Below, one piece after another: positions 25,893 to 33,000 of a DNA stretch of 33,000 nucleotides; the first letter of the stretch is position 1, and each line of letters starts with the position of its first letter. Under the pieces are notes generated by a model that was not told the DNA's origin, made no database searches, and saw only the letters and a program-made list of their open reading frames with translations. The DNA is from Paragordius varius (Eukaryota > Animalia > Nematomorpha): assembly GCA_964247055.1 (NCBI GenBank), contig OZ176052.1:2914001-2947000 (forward strand), given 5' to 3'. The position numbers were made by a program, and so were the translations under genes.

Positions 25893-27227
25893 ATGGACTC
25901 ATTTGAAGATTTGAATTTGGATTTATTGCGATCGAAAAATTTTACGCGGTGTATTAATTTTAGCTCTATTATATTGCATGACACACCGTTAAAACAATTT
26001 AATCGAATATCATCCATCATTTTATGCTTACTTGGTGTAATAGGAAATTCCATGGGTCTAATAATTGCCTCCTATCGAAGCAAACACAAAATGACTCCAT
26101 TAAATGAGGTTTGCAATAACACCCCCGAAAGTAAAAATGCCTATCCGTTACGCATTTCGTTTAAATTGAGATCGTCTATGCGTCAACTTAGATTAACGGG
26201 TTTACCCAACAACCAATACGTATTATTTCTATTCTATGCCGTAAACATTGTAAATTCCCTACTCCTAATCCCTTACCCTATCTTTAAAACTGTAAGGTCA
26301 GAAAAACTGACATTACTTTTGTGGGATAATTGGAGTTGGTCTTACTATATGTCTCACATTCATTTCATCGTGTCCAAAAGTTTGGTTAGTTTTGGGTTTT
26401 TGCTTTACATCATATTCTTTGCAAACCAATTCTTAATCATATACGTTCCGTATAGATATAATACGTATGTTACACGGACCCGAATTAATGTATGTGTGAC
26501 AATAGTGTTGCTATATTGCATAGCTTGGCAAATACCATTGTATTTTTGGTCTGAACCCGTTCGAATCAATGTTTGCTTATACAAAACCAACAACAACAGC
26601 AATCAGTTTGAAACCAAATCCATATGGTATCAACATCTAGTATATGATGAACACATCCTATCCTGGATGAAATATTATAGCTTGTTTAGGGAACTTTTTG
26701 TTCTCATTATTCCTTTCACGTGGTTAATTGCTATGCAATCGTTGTTATTGAATTATACGTCTGAAAAGTTACGGCATTATCAACGTTTTCATTTACGAAA
26801 ACGATTCAAATCGATTTTCCCCAAAGTACAAGCGGATGACAGGGGGACTTCTATCGTATGTAATGCAAGTTCAATGACTCCTTCGTTACTTGAAGAAATT
26901 AGGAAAAGTTTGGTAAATGATAGATTATATCGTAAGAATTTGAGTAGTAACAAAGAAATATCCAAAACTATACTCATATTGTCGGTCGAATTTATATTTT
27001 TGCTTTTTCCCTTGTCAGCCTTTGAAGCTGTATGGTATTTTGTTATAAAAACGCCTGAAAAACATAAAAACGTTTTAAATATCTATATATTCACCATATT
27101 ATTGGAGCACATCTATATTACATGCTCTTTTTACATCAATTATACGTTTAATCCTTTATATAGAAAATTTATTAAAGATAGATTTATTATCCTAATTAAT
27201 CAGGTAATATTTAGAAGATCTATTTAA
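25893..27227 (+). CDS. Intronless 7-transmembrane rhodopsin-class GPCR, divergent (peptide-receptor/srw-like)
   Basis: 444-aa uninterrupted ORF in very AT-rich DNA with seven hydrophobic segments. TM1 has LGVIGN; TM3 ends ANQFLIIYVPYRY (DRY position); TM4 has WQIP; TM5 has IIPF; TM6 has FIFLLFP; TM7/helix 8 reads CSFYINYTFNPLYRK. N-terminal NFT/NFS sequons are present. Confidence 0.85.
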   Translation: MDSFEDLNLDLLRSKNFTRCINFSSIILHDTPLKQFNRISSIILCLLGVIGNSMGLIIASYRSKHKMTPLNEVCNNTPESKNAYPLRISFKLRSSMRQLRLTGLPNNQYVLFLFYAVNIVNSLLLIPYPIFKTVRSEKLTLLLWDNWSWSYYMSHIHFIVSKSLVSFGFLLYIIFFANQFLIIYVPYRYNTYVTRTRINVCVTIVLLYCIAWQIPLYFWSEPVRINVCLYKTNNNSNQFETKSIWYQHLVYDEHILSWMKYYSLFRELFVLIIPFTWLIAMQSLLLNYTSEKLRHYQRFHLRKRFKSIFPKVQADDRGTSIVCNASSMTPSLLEEIRKSLVNDRLYRKNLSSNKEISKTILILSVEFIFLLFPLSAFEAVWYFVIKTPEKHKNVLNIYIFTILLEHIYITCSFYINYTFNPLYRKFIKDRFIILINQVIFRRSI

Positions 27228-27350
27228 TTCCGACAATGTATGTAATCTTACCGTTTTTATTTTGTAATAGTGTTGTATCATCATTTCAAACAAAAATAAA
27301 TTTAAAACTATTTTTAAATACAAATATATATATATAAATTAGAAAACATA

Positions 27351-30234
27351 CTACCTTTCAAGAAAATTAACCAAAAAATAAGATAAAATATAACTTTTTT
27401 GCGATTGTATCCTATTTTTCATCTTATAATTCTTATCCATGAATGATAAAATATTTCGCCTTGCCTGGTGTCGATCATTTATAGTTTTACTCGTAAGAGC
27501 TTGAATTGGTTTGCTAGGTGCACCCTTAACAACAGTCCCAAATTTTCCCACACTAGATTCCACCGTTTCCTGGGGAAATGTGGTATCCAAATTGATTGAA
27601 AACACAAACAGGGTAAGGTTAAAAGAAGTATCTTCTTGAGAAGTTAAACGTAATTGATTTAACAAAGGCTGGTTATGGTTATTTTTAGATTCATTATCCA
27701 TAAACGTAACATTTGATGTAGATGTTGATGATTTTGCCAATCTCCTTAAACTTGTTGTCATACTTTGAAACAGCTTTTCATTCGAAGATGACATTTCATC
27801 CGCTAATCGCTTTATACTTTGTCCGAAATCGATTGAACGTTGCTGAAAAGGTATGTGGTTCAAAACTTTTTTGGCCGACGGGATTGTGGATAAACAATGG
27901 ACATAAGATCAACATTACAATCACGGATCATTAGTTCCGTAAGGTTTGGGAGATTATATGCTCTAAAATGCGCAAATATAATGGGGGCATTATTGGTTGA
28001 TTCATCTAGCGTGTGAAATGGATGCAGTGCATATTTTAATTCATTGGTATGTCTTAACAAAAATTCCCAGAAGGAGATGCCCACACGTTGTTTGAATGAC
28101 AAAGCAAGAGTTTCTAAATATAAAACAATATATATGTATACCATTTACAGTTCAAATTCACCCTTGAACAATTCAAATTCACCCTTGAACAATTCAAATT
28201 CACCTTTGAACAATTCAAATTCACCTTTGAACAATTCAAATTCACCTTTGAACAATTCAAATTCACCCTAAAATTAAATTATGTATTTTCGAACTGATAT
28301 AACTCATTATTAATATGAAATATATGTTTATGTTATAGTTTATTATTTTTTCGGTATTATTTTAATTTAAAAAAAATTTATTTTTTAAAAATATATAAAA
28401 ATATTGGTAATTTTTAATCTTAAAAAACATATATTTTATTTGAGGGTGAATTTGAATTGTTCGAGGGTGAATTTGAATTGTTCAGTGAATTTGAATTGTT
28501 CAAGGGTGAATTTGAATTGTTTAAGGGTGAAATTGAATTGTAAATGATATATATATATATAAATTTTCTTGGGAAAGTGAATGACAAAGTTTTATAATAC
28601 AATTAAAATATTTTATTAGAGACCTGACGGTATAATGTAATTATCATAATTTTATAAAAAAATATAAAAAGATAGGGTATCTCTTACGATTGATATTATC
28701 ATTCGAAAATCCGATATTCATATATTAACACTCAATATTATTGGTATCTTGTTTAAAAATATATATTAAGATATGTGAATGATCAAACCTTGCATCAATA
28801 AGTTTCGGCTGAATCCAGGCGCCTTATTGTAATAATTTATAAAATCGGTGAGCATATCTCTAACGTTAAAATTGGACGGTAATTGGAAATTAAGTTGGGG
28901 CCTAGGTTCTATACAGTGAAAATATTTTAGATTTGTATACAAGATACGAAGATGGAAATCGTATGCAAAAGAATGTAGATGACATAGAACTTTGTACATT
29001 TCACACGTTTGGAGAAAATTTGTATTTGTTGTCTCATCCTAAATGCATAATTTTTCAATAAAACTAAGAATGAAGCCAATAATTAGGATAGTTCTATATT
29101 TATCTGTTAATAAAATATTAATCACGATTTGCGTAAAATTCCTGCATTTACAATATTAAAAAAAATTTTGTCAGATTAAATATACCCTAATAACTAAAAA
29201 GGCATAGTGTGTAATCGCTTAAGATTGGTAGATCATCTACACAGACGATTAGTATAATCCAATAAACGATAACATAAGGATTATCCCGAAACAAAATTAG
29301 ACAACATTTAGTTTAAACCATAATGCGCTCAACCTTAACTTCTGTTGAAAGCCGTATAGACACCCTTTATGATTAAATAGCGCCTTAAATTAAAAGAATA
29401 AAAAGAAAAATAGTCACAATTTATTAATGTGGCTTTGATTCGTATAATTTTTCCTAATTCAAAAACTCCTTTTATTTATACCATTAAATAAAAGATTTGG
29501 AGGATTCGGAAAATAAAATATTTCGATTAAGTGTTTTTAATATCTGGGGGTAAAACATTTCATCAAATATATCATACTGGGAAATTTTGGGTTAAAAATG
29601 GTGGTTTGTAAAGATGAAAAGATAACACAAAAAAAGGTGGATCCATATACAACTCAACTAATAAAATCCCATTGTTGGCTTGACATTTTTGCATAAAAAC
29701 TCTTGGCACCGATCCTTGATCATGATCTAATTTTCTAAAACAATACATATATATATATATATATATATTAAATAAAATATATATTAAATTTTAACGATTA
29801 ACGATAAAATGCTGTTTTTTACTCTTGATTTAAGATGGATACATTCGTTATGTGATAAAACTCTAAATGAAGCAAATATTGGACGTATTCTTGCATGAAA
29901 CATTTGTAAAGATCAATCCAAGTGGTTAAATTAAGATTTATATTATGGGATGAATCCTAAAACCGTAAAAATAATATATAGCAAATATATGGAAAAAAAT
30001 AAATATAAAAAATCCGTACAACTAAATAAAAGGCAGATCTAGTTTTGGATATTTCCTTACGCCATTCTGGATCAAAAAGTATGGGCGTTTTAACATAATG
30101 AATTAAACGACATCTGCGTTTGAGGCAATTCAGATTGGTGAGAGATAGGGGAATACTTAATAAACCATTATTTCTGCTACTAACAACACTCCAATATTCT
30201 AATAAAAATTGGGCTATAGACTTGTCTTTTGCAT
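27351..30234 (-). CDS. SZT2: KICSTOR subunit SZT2, C-terminal exons (partial; upstream exons not resolved; internal frame break near 27865)
   Basis: Exons 30234-30020 (LNCLKRRCRLIHYVKTPILFDPEW; cf. human [25 protein letters not shown]), 29956-29823 (FMQEYVQYL; cf. FLQQYVQYL), 29734-29578 (MQKCQANNGILLVEL; cf. LQRALPGGIILMEL), 29038-28789 (CHLHSFAYDFHLR..APGFSRNLLMQ; cf. MHVHSFSYDFHLR..GPHFGRNHIYQ) and 28113-~27351 (LTLFVFSINLDTTFP; cf. LQFFVVLTSQRELFP). Human comparisons are from memory. The motifs are collinear and splice phases are consistent. Confidence 0.88.
28139..28549. mobile_element. MITE family A (TACCATTTACAG termini, 21-bp AACAATTCAAATTCACCCTTG subterminal arrays), in an SZT2 intron
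   Basis: About 6 tandem 21-mers at 28150-28268 and about 5 inverted copies at 28441-28540, TA-flanked. The internal AT-rich core is shared with the copies at 5098 and 16178. Confidence 0.85.
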
Positions 30235-33000
30235 CTAAAATATATGATAAATCGAACATTACTTAAATATTATAAATATATAATACCTTCTCGGTTAATT
30301 ATTTCATACTTATAATTATATAAATTTGATGAATTATTTTAACTTTTGTGGTTTATATAAAGCGTAATATATACCCATTAGTAATGTGACCAGATAGGCT
30401 GTTTTTCGCAGTACAGTACTGAGTTTTCAGAAAAAAACTGCGCCTGTATTGCGCCCATTTTTGTACTGCTTTTTGAAATTGAAAAAATTTAATTTTTTGA
30501 AAATATTCATCTTTTATTTAAAAAATATTTTAGAATTTAATATAGTACCCTCTGTAAAAATAACCCCATAATTTGTAAAGAAATGGTGTATTTTACGGTA
30601 AAAACTAAGATTGGCCTATTTTTAATTGGTTAATATTTTACTTTCTGCTTGAATTATACATATTGGGTTTTGGATCGGTCAAACCGCTTAGGATTGTAGC
30701 CTTTCGTGCAGTGGTGAAACTATAAATCTCCCACTCCACCGTATCAGGCTAAAGGCGTTTCACTCAGGGCTTCCGCAAAAAGAGGCCTCAAAATTTATTA
30801 TTAATAAAATTAATTTATGATATTTTAATAAATGTTTGATCAGGTTACGAAAGTTTATTTTTGTTAAAATTATCAAATCGGAAATTATATATAAAATTGT
30901 ATTCCCGTAAGATATTATTCAAATTTATTATATATGGCATATGATTTTAAAATAACCTGTTTTCGTATAAAAAATTGAGTTTTTTACGTCTATACTAATT
31001 AGGTGGGAGGTATGATATTTCTTCATTTTTTTTAAACTTTAATCTTTATTAGTTTTCTTATTTTTTGCATAAACGAATTTAAGATACTTTGTTGAAGCGT
31101 ACTTCAAACTATTTTAGAGAATGATAACGGTGTAACGCTATAATATATAAATTAAACCCTTTTCCTAAATAATTCGATGATGTTGAACATTACTATAGGT
31201 AATTTAAAGGTTTGCTTTCTTGCAAATGGTGAATTTTTGTAAAACACAATAATTCTGAGTGAGGAAAACGTATAGCATTATCGAAATACATATATAAATT
31301 ATTAAATCTCATCCGTTTATATCGTTTCCATCATGCTGAAAATAGTATGAAGTAAGCTTCAACAAAATTTCTTTAAAAAATAAATTTTTGAAAGTATCCA
31401 TTTTTTTGAAATATATTTAGTTGATATCAAAATTTAGCTTGTATTTAAAATTATTGCACAATTTCGAAATTTTTGCGTTTTCTTTGAGAGAACAGTCCAT
31501 TTTTAAAAAAGCCAAAAAAATTGAGACTTTCAGAGCCCTTATCCAGCATTTTAAAAATTTTTAATATAATTTTGCTTTTTATATATAGTTTATAATATTT
31601 TAGTAATTTGAAATAAAGCACTTAAATTGACCAAAAAATATAAATGAAAAAATTGCGCACCTTTTGCAATTTTATACGGAGCATCTACTACAAAAGTGTA
31701 AATAATTTTCTTTAATAACTCGTAAAGGTTAAAAGCGCCATGATAATCCTGTTTTCCTATCAGAATATATATTTCATCAGGATATTTTTTTGTGGAAACT
31801 TTGTAATATACTACACCGATGGTGTAAGAACAGGCAAAGTATGTTTTAATTTTGTACTGCGTCCAAGTCAAAAATATCTGGTCACATTATATATATATAT
31901 ATATTCCATCAAAGTTTAAAACAAGTAATATTAAAACAATTTTTCCTCCCAAATCGATGCTACTGAAGATATAGATATACAAAGTTCTTGACCTCAAAAA
32001 TTTTTAAACATTAAATGTTTTTCCCTAATATATAATTAATTTGATAGTAGCAGGTAAAATTATTTTTCGTAAACATGTAAATTTATGTGATTATTATTTA
32101 CAAATCTACTATAAATTTTGCTTCGTAAAATTTAGAGGCTAATATATATTTTTATTGCTATGCATTGCATTTTTTATACAACTATCATTATTGTAACTAC
32201 ATTTAATCATGAGATTTTATCAAGTAAATTTAATTTAAATAAAAAAATTTAATTTTAATTAATTAATAATATTATATTTCAATGATCTTGGCTTCTAACA
32301 TTGGAAATGTTTTACTTAAGCGTACGATAAAATATAATACAAATCAAGAATAGTTAGTTTCGATACAAAATTTGGTAATTAAATGCTCCGGGACTTTATA
32401 AATAAATTTTATTACCAATGAAGTTTTTGGTATAAATTTTAAGTCAAAGTTAAAATTAGGCACATTCTCGCTGAATGAACGTCAGTATTACTTATACCGC
32501 TCACGAGCCGTATAAGGCATTCAATTAAATTTTCGAGCCAGAGATTTATATATTAAAATTTTAAAAATCTAACATTACATCAGCGGGATATGTTTCGGCT
32601 TACAACACAAAATTATGTAAGAATTCAATACTACGAATATGATGTGAAAAGAACACGGATTTCCTCATTTTATATAATGTGATACCTAATTTAACATATT
32701 TATATGTGTAACAGCCAAGTTTTTGATATAAATTTAAGTTATATTATTTTAGGTTTTTATTTTAAATACTGTCTTAGGAATAAATAAAAACGCAACTAGT
32801 TAAATTTATATCTCATGGTTTGGATAGTGTGGTCATAAAATGTTTCGTATTACAACAATTAAAAGTATAATTGATTTAAAACCTTTAATTAGGAGTTATT
32901 TAATATTTATAATTAGGTTTTTGCCATAGCAAATATTCACCATTTAAATACTGCCAAATACCGTCACATGGTTATTGCTACAAGGAGAAATTTTTCAACA

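Noticed and set aside
28150-28268. CRISPR-like regular 21-bp repeats and the NNSNSPL-repeat ORFs (28044-28271, 28420-28602)
   Set aside because: No unique spacers. These are tandem subterminal repeats of a MITE in a eukaryotic intron, and the ORFs arise because 21 is a multiple of 3.
30690-30775. Twister-ribozyme-like words (AAGCCC, GUGGAG, CACUGC) on the minus strand
   Set aside because: The conserved UAA cleavage loop and GAGGG pseudoknot partner are absent, and the order and pairing are unconvincing.
31745-31785. Second CUGAUGA on the minus strand as a possible hammerhead
   Set aside because: No proper stem II followed by GAAA and a cleavage triplet.
31590-31871. 93-aa minus-strand ORF as a possible SZT2 exon or transposase
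   Set aside because: No recognisable homology and no convincing splice context.
1-33000. Alternative genetic code or prokaryotic origin suggested by fragmented ORFs
   Set aside because: The fragments join cleanly through GT-AG introns under the standard code, and the genes are eukaryote-specific.

Overview
Very AT-rich, intron-containing animal genomic DNA (probably an invertebrate; taxon not determinable from the window). It holds four protein-coding genes. A ~19-exon synaptojanin (Sac1 + inositol 5-phosphatase + RRM-like; minus strand, ATG 11412) lies head-to-head with a multi-exon WDR24 (GATOR2 subunit; plus strand, ATG 11474), with only 61 bp between the start codons. An intronless, divergent rhodopsin-type 7TM receptor sits at 25893-27227. 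The 3' part of SZT2 (KICSTOR subunit; minus strand) converges on that receptor. Introns and the 19-25.7 kb intergenic block contain several TA-flanked MITE families with 21-bp subterminal repeats and large foldback elements with nested insertions. The most notable find is a 372-bp insertion (22937-23308) with a 13-bp target-site duplication. It folds into a long hairpin carrying a minimal type I hammerhead ribozyme (minus strand, 23045-23085), of the kind found in Penelope-like elements and retrozymes. Other points: 25- and 31-nt introns, loss of the first C-terminal zinc finger of WDR24, and a -1 frame break in SZT2 at an A-AAA-AAG heptamer. Homology calls rest on recalled motifs, not database searches.
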